Source of the DNA: the human T2T-CHM13v2.0 reference genome, Homo sapiens
Reading direction: 5' to 3' (one strand)
Length of the DNA stretch: 64,000 nt
NCBI RefSeq assembly: GCF_009914755.1
Contig: NC_060926.1
Made by a program: the position numbers and the translations under genes. This document shows, piece by piece, positions 40,031 through 56,444 of the stretch (its first letter is position 1; each line of letters begins with the position of its first letter). The notes beneath the pieces were generated by a model, which saw only the letters and a list, made by a program, of their open reading frames with translations, had not been told where the DNA came from and did not search any database.

Positions 40031-41889
40031 TCAACCTTCAGTATTATAAGTTTTCATGGCCCTTTTCCTGTGGAATTAATCACCGTTCAGCAACAAGCTG
40101 AACCATGTAAACTTAAAAAATGGGAGAACACCTGTGTGTGCCCATGCATGATGCAGAATTTGGATCAGCATTTCTTTGTCTGAGGACCTTTTCTTTCTCC
40201 TGCTGAGTTGGATGGGGAATCTGAAGCCCTGTCATCTTTCCCACAGCCCCCTGCTATCTTTGAGAGAGAAGGCACCAGCTGTGTTCCCTGATGGAGTGGG
40301 GATGGCAGCTGCAAGCTGAAACACCATGTTGTCTCATGTAGTTTCTCTGTCAGTGCATCTATGGATGTGTGACCACCTTGCTAACTAACCACTTGTAGAG
40401 GCATTTAAAATCCACATGTCTGGCCTTATTATGGCAAGATCATTCCACAGGAGCTGAGCATGAGTGTGTGGCACTGATGAGCTGCTGTCTGTCTAGTTAG
40501 TTTGCCTTTCCAGTTTCCATTGCTTATGACACGAGTGTTGTTGAAATTGTGTCAGAGTGAAAATCTCTCATCGACTGTAAAAGGAGAAAAAACAGGCAAA
40601 TGTGGCATGTAACTTGTCTGCATAAATCTCCTCTGTTGCTTCAACCCTTCATGCAATAAAACAGCTCATCCTGAAGTTCTGTTCATTGCACATCAGAACA
40701 GAAATTCATTGTTTTCTTTCCTCTGTGTCATAAAACAGCAATGCCTCCTAAGTATTTGACAAGCTTCTATTCTGCAAAAGCTCCAGAGTATCCCCAAAGA
40801 ACAAACTTGCAACTTCAAGACCTGATGGTGTCAAATGCTAAATGGTGTCTTGTTTGGGCAGCCAGAGGACATAATTAGATTTGAAGTCATCATCTATAAT
40901 CTACTAAATTCATGATTTTATGATATGATTAGGCATGCTCTTCTCTGCAATGACCTAAAAATAAGATAATGCGATGGAAACAGAATTTACTGGATATATA
41001 AACAGCCCTCGCTCTGAGATGGTGCTTTGTCTGGGTCAGATTTCTTGTGATTGGCAGGAAGCTGTGACAGCTCTTATTGTATGTTTCTAAGAGGAACATG
41101 GGTAGAAATGGTCAATTAGAACTGCCACTCAGCCTCTCCTCACTGTGGCTGCTGTTGGGCTGCCTCTTGAGCTCTGAACTAGCTGTTAAAATGGGGAAAT
41201 CCTGCTCCCCAATGTCATTGGGTTAAGTAGGGTGATACTAGGAAAATCTTAATTGCATGCCCACACCTCTAAAGTTACAACCCAGCAAAAATGAACCAAC
41301 TTAATGCTTATGGGATAGAATTAACCATCAGTTTAAGTACAGGATAGTTCGAGTGGAATATTTCCTCTCTATTTTCTTCTTAACCACTGAGAGACAGCTA
41401 TCTCTTTCCCTACTGCATAACCCTCTCCTCTATGCACAAAAATCTTCCCCTACCCCCACTACACAAAGACACACTCCCTCCCAGAAGTATGTAAGGACAC
41501 AGCCATGCGTGTGATTTTTTTCTCCTCTTTCTTCTTCCAGTGTCCTGATGTCAAGGTGAATGGGGTCAATAGAGAGAGCAGCTGGTAGGAGCCAGTCTTT
41601 AGCTGATTTCCTCCTCGAGTTGTGGGGGCTGCTGCCAAGTCATTCGTCTCACCCTGTGTGTCTGTTATAATGTTGCAAAAGAAAACAGAAGGTGAGTTCA
41701 GTCCAATGTGGGCAACTCAACAAACAGGTGGGAAAGGCATACAAAAGTTTAATCAATGCCATTCTGAAGAAATTGTCTTTGTACTGAAAGTGAGCTAAAA
41801 GAGTGTTGGGTTTGGAGCTAGGAAGTAAGAATTTCTTGAAGTGGTCTTTGGAGTTAAACAAGCTGGAAAGACTAAGTGAGGAAAAACAG

Positions 41890-41990
41890 AAAATAATAGA
41901 AGAGAGTAGAGAAGAGGAGAGGAGGAGAGAAAAGAGATGGAGAGTGGAAGAAAGGGAATAACTAGAGAAGAGGAGAGAGGAGAGGAAAGA
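41890..41990. repeat. GA-rich low-complexity tract
   Basis: agaagagtagagaagaggagaggaggagagaaaagag...gaggagagaggagaggaaaga. Confidence 0.75.
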
Positions 41991-43169
41991 CAGACCATTC
42001 TAATCACAAGGGATAGGTGGAGATTAAGGAGGGAGACTCTCCTGGGGGGTCAAAATGGTCTAGAGCCTTTTCCTACTGGACTGAGTTAAAAAAGAATAAG
42101 GAAGCACCTAGATAGATTGGGTATAGAGTAAGCTTGAGCTAAGGAAATGGGTAAACAATTAATCTTGAAGTGGACCATGAAGAGACGGAGTGTGTTGGAG
42201 CATTCTTCCACAAGTGCCCCTTTCTTCCATAAGTCACAGTTCATTCTGCAACCTCTTGGGTTGGGGACCCAGATGAAAACTGATGAAAAAGGGGTATCAA
42301 AGAGCCACCCTGTGCTGTTGGTTGACAGCTGCTTTGGGTCCTATTTTCTAGGTACTACTGAAACCATCTCCAGGTCCAGGCAGGGATGCACAGGAGGTCT
42401 TGGCCTCCTGCTGCTCATGCAAGAAGGAGAGCCTCCAGTAGGTCCACTCACCCTACTCCCTTTTATCCAGTGTGAGACTCTCACTTCTGACAGCTCATTT
42501 TGAGGAGGAGTTTATGTTGGGTTAATTCCATCAGAATATAAATGCTTTGTCGTCTTTGATACAAACGGCTGTATTGAGTACGTTGGTGGCTCATTTTATG
42601 GACTCAGACTGGGCTAAAATGGAAAAAAATGTCAGAGGCTGAGTTGCTGCTATGGAGTTGATTAGATAGGAACAATGAGTTTAGATGAGACAGAAGGATG
42701 TGGTGAATGATCCTATTAATAGTCATGTGAGTCTTGTGGTTGTGGCCAACATTTAGAGCCCTTAGAGTTCAGAAAGAGTGAGGCTGCTCAGGGATGGGCC
42801 TGGAGGTGGAAAGGTTCATCCTGGGCCTTGAAGTATGAGGAGGGAACTGCAGAAGGAGTAAGGTCAGGAAAGCATCCTATATTAGGGCAAGGCAAGGTCA
42901 CTAAATAATTTTACGAATTATATGTTGGAATTCTCTCTTCCTTCTCTTCTTTCCTGCTTCACTACTTGTCAAATTAGCACCCTCTTGCCATTTAATGAAC
43001 TTTTGATATGTTTCTTTAACCTGTCAAGTTTATGAGGGGGAAATTCCATGGCAATTCCTTCTAATTTATAACACAGTTTGCTCAGGATATAGTAAGCATA
43101 TTTTGAGGTTCTGCAGTATAACTGAAAATGCTGTAAACACTGGAAATCAGGAAAAGAGGTCCATATACT

Positions 43170-45200
<2,031 letters not shown>

Positions 45201-48200
45201 AGACTTCTTCAGCTCTCAAGTGGGATGCTTTACTATTCCACTAAGACTACTGACAAAGGGAATGAGATAACTATCCCAAAGAAATCCAAGAGCTATCAGA
45301 GAAGAAATAGACCCATGATAAAAAAATTGTAAAAATAAAATTACAAATGTCAGCTAAAATGTCTTAGACTGGGCTCTTTGAATGTGTAGGAGTGAATTTG
45401 TATTTTGATTAAGAGGGCTATCCTAGTATTATCAGTATTATCAAAATTAGGCACTGTGTGAATGGTCTTTGATGCTACGGCTGAAAGCGGTAATGGTATT
45501 GATAATATGGATGATGATCTGATCTTTTCTAAGATGATACACAATTGTCCATACTTAGGGAAATTCCTTCCAGGACTTAGGTACACTTCTGTCAGCCTTC
45601 CCACTGCTGTGATTCTGTTGTGCATCTCTGAGGACTGACACTACAGTGTTGTGAAGTCACAGATGTTGCCTCATTCAATGTTACCACGGCCAAATGTGAC
45701 TCAATTCAATCCCGGAGCTCATAGAAATTGCCATATAAAAATGACATTTCTTTTTGGTCAAGATCTTAGGTAACTTCTGCCATTTTCTGAAGGGGCTTTA
45801 GGAGAAATACAACAAGAGGTGTGGTGGCAGAGCAGTACTTTTGAGAGCAGCCCAGAGAAAGGTCTTCATTCTGCCTATTTCCCTGGGTGAACTCAAGCAA
45901 AAAGCTTGCCCTGCTGAACTGCACTGAGCACACAATTTTGCCCAGGATAATTTCTTTGATATCAAAGAACTAAGTTTGTATAAGCCTAAGCCACATTGCA
46001 AACAATGGTACTTCCTGGATGAAGCATGAGTAATTAGCCGTGAGGGTCATTGCTGTTTGGCCCCCGAACTATATTGACGTTTCAAGACATAGTATAGAAA
46101 CCCACATAGTTTTCATACCATAAGAGGTTAGCCTCTTAATGAATATCTTATCTGGGAAGCCCAGCTACAATGTATTTCTAGAACCTCATAATGATAGCAT
46201 TTACTTTATGTTTTGGTGCTCTTCAGCTGAAAAGAAAAAAAAATGGCTGGAGAAAAATGTCAGGTTAAGGTTCTCTGGTATGAACAAAGCAAAAACTACT
46301 ATAGTATTGTCACGTGCGAATGAACTACAAAGCAAATACTCTCAATTTTTTCTCATAAATATTCGGCAAAGTCTCAGCATTTTCCTTGAAGTGGCAGCAA
46401 ATCCATGAGTGGGAGGTCTTCTGTTCCACAGCTGCTTACGAGCATTGTTATGGCTGGGCATAAATTACAGAAGTCAGGATTTCAACCACGGTGGAAAAGT
46501 CTATAAAGATTTCTTTCCCTTATTAACTACTGTGTGACCACTAGGTTTATGAATGGAGTTAAAAGTTCTAAACAGGAACAAAAATGTGGTAAATGCCCTC
46601 GAAGGCATTATGTGGAAATTTCTTCACAGTAGTGGAGACCAAGCAGAGAGAGAGAGAGAAAGAGATGAAATTAAAACAAGCTGCACACATAAATGATGCT
46701 AGGAGAGAAGGAATAAAAACTCCGCAGGTCTTCCAAGAGCTGGCAGGGGCCACCCGCCAGTCATAGCAAACAGGAGTACTCTTTCTGTGCTAAGTAAATA
46801 AACTTAATTGTACATTTGTAAGACTATGGAAGGTCTAAAACAAGAATTTTTTTCCAAGGTCTGAAATATCTCCATTAAAGAGTTCATAGAAATGAGAGCT
46901 GTCTCTTTAAAATCAATACCAAATTGGCTAGGGCTTGTAACTGCTCAGAACAGAGCTAAGGGGCAAGCTGTTAAAAAATATGGTTTTTATAAACAAACTT
47001 GACATTGCAAACTTAATGCAAAACCCTATGCGTGTAGCATCACTTGTGTGTACAACTTGTTTAAATTAGAGCTCCAGGAAAAAGGAAGTAAAATCGACTT
47101 ATTAACCTTTTGTTTAACAATTCTTACACACTATATTTTGAAGTAGACGGTGGTGTCTCCCTAGCCTTCGAAAAGTTAAGAATCTGTCAGCATTTTCTCC
47201 TGAAAATTTTTATGCATATTTTTGAAAATCCAGCTCTAAGTATGTACTCTATACATAAAATATTTTTTGCTTGAGGTGTCAACAAATTCATTGCACTGCA
47301 TTGAACTTAGAGAAACATTGTAAACAATACTTAACTAAGGTTCTTCCTTCTCCCTGGTGCTTAAAGATTGAAAATAGAGGTGGTTTCTTTTTTCTCTGGA
47401 AATTTATTAACCAATATTCCCTCACTCCAATTCAACCTCCTTTGGTATTTGAAGAGAACCACAAAACACTAGTTGTTAATATTGTTTTAAGCCTCACCCT
47501 CTTGCTTCATTGTATCTTTGGTCAGATCTGCTTTTAATATGCCACTTTGCAAGTTTAATTAAAATCATAACAGCTCAATCCTATGAGTTTGGACAACACT
47601 GGATATCAGCACAGATTTCAGGAATTATGAAAGAGACATACAATCTCTCTTAAAATTGAGCAGTTGGCTTAACCAATAATGTAGCCTGAAAAGTCTGTTT
47701 CTTAAACATGTAAATATTTAACATGACTCAAATGCAGTTGCTCTTTCTATAATTATTCCAAAAGATCATTTATTGCTCTTGAGAGTGCTTTTCTGAATGA
47801 CACGGTTCTTATTTGAGTTTGTATCACCTTCCTTTTGCAAGAAATCACAGTTTGGGTGTGCTCTCAGAATAATCTGAAACACATTGCCTCCCTCTACTCC
47901 TGAAAATTCCAGCTGGTGGTTTGTCACCCATGGCCTGTTGCATTCTTAAGCTTACAAACATTTTTAAGTCTTTTAGATGTGCCACAGGATTTTATTTTTG
48001 ATGATAATGTTTATTTGCATGTAGCCATAATTGCTGAAGCAGTCAGACTACAGCCACATTAGCGTTTTGCCCCTTATGGTGGAAGATGGTTAAGGATGGC
48101 CTGGCGCAATTTGAGCTTTGGAAAAGATTTACCAGATGGGATGATTTTGAAGAGGTTTGATCATTATCTTGGATGTGGAACATATAGTACTTTCTGCATG

Positions 48201-49689
48201 ATTTATCTGAAGTGATTAACTACTGTATTGCTTATTTCCACAGTGCATTCTGTGATCTTCCTGGAAGCATGCAGGTTATGCTTAGTTCTACTCTATTAAT
48301 TATATGGGGTATCTTCAAATCTTTCTTCTATTGTTTTGCTATTAAGGATTAACTAAACATTTTCTTTGGCCTTTTATTCCTTTTGTAAGATTGTGGCATT
48401 GCCCTGTTCAGTGCCTCCTTCCTGTCCCCAGGGGAGGCATATTTTGGAATATATAAACTAACACCTCTAAAATATTAAGAAGAAAACCTCTAACTAAAAA
48501 TACAATATGATTTCAACCAAAAAGAAGACGTTAAATTTCATTTTGACATGATGAGTTTTACACACACCCACAGAAGTCTGATACTGGGAGGTGAGCTAAG
48601 GACAGAGTATCCGTTTAAGCTCTAACTATTGCTGGGTTTTGTGGGATTCAAGCAAACCCTCAATGCTAGAAGAACAGCTCTTCAGATTTAAATTTAGTGA
48701 ATAAAAACTCTCATTTGGTTTATACTCAAATATTTTGTTTTCTTCCTCACAAGTTTCTTAGTAGTTATAGAGATGCTGGCAGAGGGGAAAAAAGCTTTAT
48801 GTGAATGTGTCCTATTCAGAAATTTTCCTGAATGATCACTGCCAAGGTCTTTAAATTGGCTGTTCTTAAAAATGGAGACCTGTATTATAGTCAAGGTTGG
48901 GGCTAAAATTATTAACTTCTCTCCTCTATACCAAATAAAATCATGCCTGGCTTGTAATTCACTTGCATTAAGAAACCAAGTAGAGAACTTGTCCTACTTA
49001 CAACCAATCTTCTCATTGGATAGTTTAGGACATCTATAAATTCAATTTGATGAGTTCAAACAGAATTTCATATGTGCAGAAGAATAAAATATCATCGCCT
49101 GATTGTTGCCTATCTGACCTTGAATGTAAAGTGGGTGTCAAGCCATAATTTTTGGACCTCTCATTTGTGCCACATAATGAAGAGTCAGAAAGGATTTATT
49201 TTTAGAGACATTTCAGGAGTACCAGTTTGAACCACATTAAATTATTTCCTATTTTCTATACTTACCACCTTGCAAACACTGCCAGAGCTTCAGGGAATAT
49301 TTTTCTACTTTTCAGTGCCAACAGAAAATTAAGCCCAGCACAGGTATCTATACTGATAGCCCATTTTGGATCCAGGGCGAAATGTTTTCAAAACATTAGT
49401 GATTGTTTTACACTACTATGCTTTATGTTAACTCTCACTGACTCACAGCAGCTGATGATACTCAGCTTAATGAAATGTATCTGCTACTTATATTTCAGGG
49501 AGACGTACTTCTACAGGATCTAACTCTGGGTAGCTATCTTCTTATTCTCCTCCTTCCTGTCAGAGAGTGACACCACCAGTAATTAAGTTTGAAAACTTAC
49601 TGTCATTCTGACTCTTGTTATTAGGAACCCATTAAATTCCAAAATAAAAATTAGTCTATCTTATGCTCAGTGCTTAGCTTGATCCATCC

Positions 49690-49820
49690 TCCCTTCCTTC
49701 TTTCCTTCTTTCCTTCCTTCCTTCCTTCCTTCCTTCCTTCCTTCCTTCCTTCCTTCCTTCCTTCCTTCCTTCCTTCCCTCCTTCCTCCATCCCTCCTTCC
49801 CTCCCTTCCTTCCTTCCTTC
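49690..49820. repeat. (TTCC)n / (GGAA)n microsatellite
   Basis: 17 uninterrupted TTCC units at 49710-49777 within a longer pyrimidine tract. Confidence 0.97.
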
Positions 49821-49869
49821 AGAAATGTGCAGAAAATGAAATTAGGGCATTAACAATAACAAAGGGTTA

Positions 49870-52550
<2,681 letters not shown>

Positions 52551-52581
52551 TTAAACCACATAGGACAACAAAAAACAAACA

Positions 52582-52583
<2 letters not shown>

Positions 52584-52636
<53 letters not shown>

Positions 52637-52643
52637 TGTGTGT
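52584..52643. repeat. (GT)n microsatellite
   Basis: About 25 perfect GT units (52584-52633) plus a degenerate extension. Confidence 0.98.
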
Positions 52644-52659
52644 TTCTGCAGTATTGTCT

Positions 52660-53950
52660 ACAGAAAATGGAATAGACAGATCTTTCATGGACAGCTCAGT
52701 AAGTTTTGTCAAATGCATACACTCATGTAACCCACATCCAAGGCAAGATACAGAACATTGCCATCCCTGCAGAAGGGTCCAGCATGCTGCTTGCCAGTCA
52801 GTTTCCACCGCACATCCCAAAGGTGTGTGTTCTGATGTTTATCATCTGTCTGTTGTACTTCACATAAATTAAATCATGTATTTGAGATTTGTTCATGTTG
52901 TTGCGTATATCCATGATTCATTTCTTTGTATTGCCAAGTAGTAGTCCATTGTGTGAACATACTCCAATTTGTTTATCTATTTATGCAAGAGTCTGTAATT
53001 TTGTAGGCTCTTAAAAAGTTTTTTTATTAGAATAAATAAATTTATTTTAATACAAGTCTCATACAAGTTTTTCATGGCTCTATGCTTTTATTCTTCTTAG
53101 CTGAATAGCTAATAGTAAAATTTTGGGGTTATAGGGTAGTTAACTAGTTCAACTTTATAAAAAACTGCTAAACGGTTTCCCAAAGGTTGTAACTTTTGCA
53201 ATCCTATCAACAAAGTATCTGGGCTTCATTTGCTCCACACCTCACTAACATTTGGTATTGTCAATCTTTCTAATTTTACCATTATTGTTGGGGTGTAACT
53301 GTATGTCGGGATTTTTATTTGCATTTTCTTGATCAGCTCCCAGGCCATGGACTGGTACTGGCATTAGATCCTCATAGGAGTGTGAACCCTATTGTGAACT
53401 GTTCATGTGAGGAATATAGATTGTGTGCTCCTTAAGAAAATCTAATGCCTGATGATCTGTCCCTGTCTCCTATCACCCCCAGATGGGACCATCTATTTGC
53501 AGAAAACAAGCTCAGGGCTCCCACTGATTCTACATTATGTTGAGTTGTATAATTATTTTATTATATGTTACAATGTAAAAATAATAGAAATAAAGTCTGC
53601 AATAAATGTAATGCACTTGAATCATCTTGAAACCATCGCCTCCTGGGTCCAAGGAAAAATTGTCTTCCACGAAATCGGTCCCTGGTGCCAAAAAGTTTGG
53701 GGGCTGCTGTTCTTGATGACTAATTTTATTAAAGTATCATTTCATGTGGTTTTTGGTCATTCATTTATCTTCATTTGTGAGGTGTCTGTCCAAATATTTT
53801 GCTCATTTTTAAAATTGGGTAGCCTTTATTATTGATTTGTAGGAGTTCTTTACATATTGTGGAAACAAGTCCTTTGTTAGATGAATGTATTGTAAATATT
53901 TCCTTCCTGGCTTCAGCTTGCTCTATTTATTTTCTTAACATTTTGGCATA
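52660..53950 (-). mobile_element. L1 3' region (L1MB/MC/ME-like) interrupted by MER1A
   Basis: aaatgcatacactcatgtaacc..caagatacagaacatt, tttgagatttgttcatgttgttgcgtatatc and gtgaggtgtctgtccaaatattttgctcattttt. Confidence 0.8.
53334..53709 (+). mobile_element. MER1A (hAT-Charlie) DNA transposon, internally deleted
   Basis: gcattagatcctcataggag, tctaatgcctgatgatctg, ctcagggctcccactgattctacattatg and ggtccctggtgccaaaaag; perfect 8-bp TSD ttcttgat at 53326-53333 and 53710-53717. Confidence 0.93.
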
Positions 53951-54224
53951 ATAATTAAGTTTTAAATAAGACATTAAAAATATGTATCTTATTTAATGTT
54001 TCATATCTTTCTATTTTAGCATGTAGATTATTCTTTTTTATTCACAATTAACATAAAGTAATTTTAACTTAGGTTTTCTCTTTAAATACAAAGTTACTGA
54101 AGAATAAGACTTTTAGTACTCCAGTTTTAGAAACTAATTTATATTTTCATTTTTAATCTGTGGTTTATTCTTTTCCTGTCAGAAAATGTGACCTTAATTA
54201 TTTCCAACATTTTCAATAAAGTGA

Positions 54225-54555
54225 TTATTATGATGCACAGCTCAGATTCTCTTTCAGGAATAAAATATATATTCATTTCTGCTGCATTTGCAGCAGGTAG
54301 ATAGCCCTCAGTTATCAGAACATTTGGGAATTGCCTCCACTGAAGAGCCACCCTACCCAATGCCACATTCCTTTCCCTGGTGACCCAAGGCCAATTTAAC
54401 CCTTTTTATATTTATTGCTATGAATGATATGTTTGGCCTACAACCTAACTCTGTCACCAGAACCTTGGATGGTATGAAAGGGTCATTATATCACAGCTGT
54501 ACTACATCTGTCTAATCCTGCCTCCTTTCCTTCCCCATTATTGATATTGATCCTC
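54225..54555 (+). mobile_element. LTR33-like ERVL LTR, 3' end missing
   Basis: tgatgcacagctcagattctctttcaggaat, atagccctcagttatcag, gaattgcctccactgaagag and tctaatcctgcctcctttccttcccc match LTR33; homology stops at ttgatcc next to the RPL41 copy. Confidence 0.75.
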
Positions 54556-54561
54556 TTGAAT

Positions 54562-54700
54562 CGTGAAACAAGCTAGCAGTTTACTTGGACCTCTGCCTCA
54601 TCTTTTTTCTTTTGTGCTTCAGCCTGCGCATTCGCTTCTTCCTCCACTTGGCTCTCATGGTGCAGAGGTTTCCAAGAAAATGGTGCTAAGGCCGAGAGAG
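54562..54700 (-). pseudogene. RPL41: Processed RPL41 (eL41) retrocopy, 5'-complete and 3'-truncated; ORF 54581-54658 intact
   Basis: Minus strand reads ctctctcggccttagcaccattttcttggaaacctctgcaccATG...TAAactgctagcttgtt and translates to [25 protein letters not shown], versus eL41 [25 protein letters not shown]; intronless. Confidence 0.96.
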
Positions 54701-55742
54701 CAGCATTTTTATTTACTGTTATTTATATTTATCTAGATTTTTACTACTAACTTATATGTGTTGTCTTCGTTTGGATATGTTCTTTAAAACTGAAAAAGTT
54801 ATATCTTCTAAAGCAACCTGAGTGTTTTTTAAAAAATAATATTTTTTTATATTTATTGTTATTACTGATATATTTAGCCTTACGCCTGTCACTTTCTATA
54901 GTTTTGTTAGTATTACTTTCTTATTATTTTGTTGTTTTCTGAATTTACAATGTAAGTCATGCTTTCTTTGCTATATCCTTTTCTAGTGTAATAATACCAA
55001 TATATTTTGTTTTCATTCAATTACTGACTACCTTCCAAGTTTTCAAAAGCATTCTTTAATCTATTTTGTTTCAATTTTAGAGTAAAAAAATCTCCCACTA
55101 TAGAAGAGGGGACATTTATCAGGCTTTTATTTCTTTCCAGGTCTTCCCAATTTTTGGATTTTGGAGTCTATTAATATAATCTGGTGTTTGCAATCAATAT
55201 TATTCTTGAAGTTTTACTCTACAGTGTATCTTTTTCTTAAAAATCATTTCAGTTATTAAATTTTTGTTCCATTTTATAAATTTAATTTTCTGTTTTTATT
55301 TTTTATACTATTTTCTTAATCTTCAAAATGCTTTTTGCTACGATTGTATTTTTAATTTTCTTGGCATTGTCCTTATTGTACCAATCCCTCTTTTCTTTTC
55401 ATTGTACTGCCTTTTTATTTTAGTCTATTCCATTCTTAAATATTTTCGTCTCTTATTTCATAGAATTTGTGTGTTTTTGCACTCAAATGAGCACACTACA
55501 TAATTTACTGAAATAACCAGACATTTTTTTCTAATTTTCAAAGCAAGCAAAATTCTCTCTTGTTAATTTTTATGTCTTATGACACCTGCCATTGTATTTC
55601 AGATATCCTGGGGGTTCAATAATTTTGGTTCTTCGAATTATAACCTCAAATTAGGATTCAGCATAAGCTCTTACCTTGTACCCTCAACTCTAGCTTTTTT
55701 ATTCTTAAATCCAATTTGAACCTCATATCCTGACTAAATATA

Positions 55743-56055
55743 TAGTCATGCATATATTTATATATTAAATGTGTAAATATATATTAATGATGGAGATACA
55801 TTTTGAGAAATGCATCATTAGGTGATTTTGTCATGTGAACATGCTAGAGTGTACATACACAACATAGGTGGCATAGCCTGCTACACACTTAGATTACATG
55901 GTATAACCTATGGCTTCTAAGCTACAAACCTATAGAGCATGACTTAATCATATCTAAGTATAGAACAGGAAAAATACAGCATTATAATCTTATGGGACCA
56001 CTGTCATGTATGCAGTTCATTGTTGACTGAAATGTCATTTCGTGGCTCCTGACTA
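55743..56055 (-). mobile_element. Tigger3a (MER7A) TcMar DNA transposon
   Basis: tgagaaatgcatcattaggtgatttt, gctacaaacctatagagcat and attataatcttatgggaccactgtcat; degenerate TIRs tagtcatgc / cctgacta. Confidence 0.88.
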
Positions 56056-56094
56056 TGTGTGATTATACCTACATACAGACATTATATTCATGTG

Positions 56095-56280
56095 ACAATA
56101 TATAGATAATGTATGTTTACAGTATGTATAATGTAATGTATATGTATAATGTTTACATATTATACATATTATGTATATTATATGCATATCATATATATGC
56201 ATATATATTATGTATATTATATATAATGTAATGTGTATATATGTATCTCATATATACATTACATATACATATTACATTAC
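56095..56280. repeat. (TA/TATG)-rich low-complexity tract
   Basis: atgtataatgtaatgtatatgtata...tatatacattacatatacatattacattac. Confidence 0.85.
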
Positions 56281-56407
56281 TTGTTTTCTTCAGCTCAGAA
56301 ATACTCACTGACTTTTAATGCCTATAAAGTACAGACTGCTTAACCTCTCATTAAAAACTCTTAGATTATCTGCCTCTATTTTTATTTTATATGATTTAAA
56401 AAATTTT

Positions 56408-56444
56408 TACTATACTTAATCTCAGCCAAAGGCTGATAAGTGCT
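56408..56444 (-). pseudogene. RNU2: U2 snRNA 5' fragment (nt about 1-38), tailless retropseudogene
   Basis: Minus strand agcacttatcagcc-tttggctgagattaagtatagta versus U2 atcgcttctcggccttttggctaagatcaagtgtagta (30/38 by eye, two changes at CpGs); flanked by tttaaaaaatttt / ttttaaaaatttt. Confidence 0.7.

Noticed and set aside
52551-52872. HT- and CV-repeat ORFs
   Set aside because: Products of the (GT)n microsatellite.
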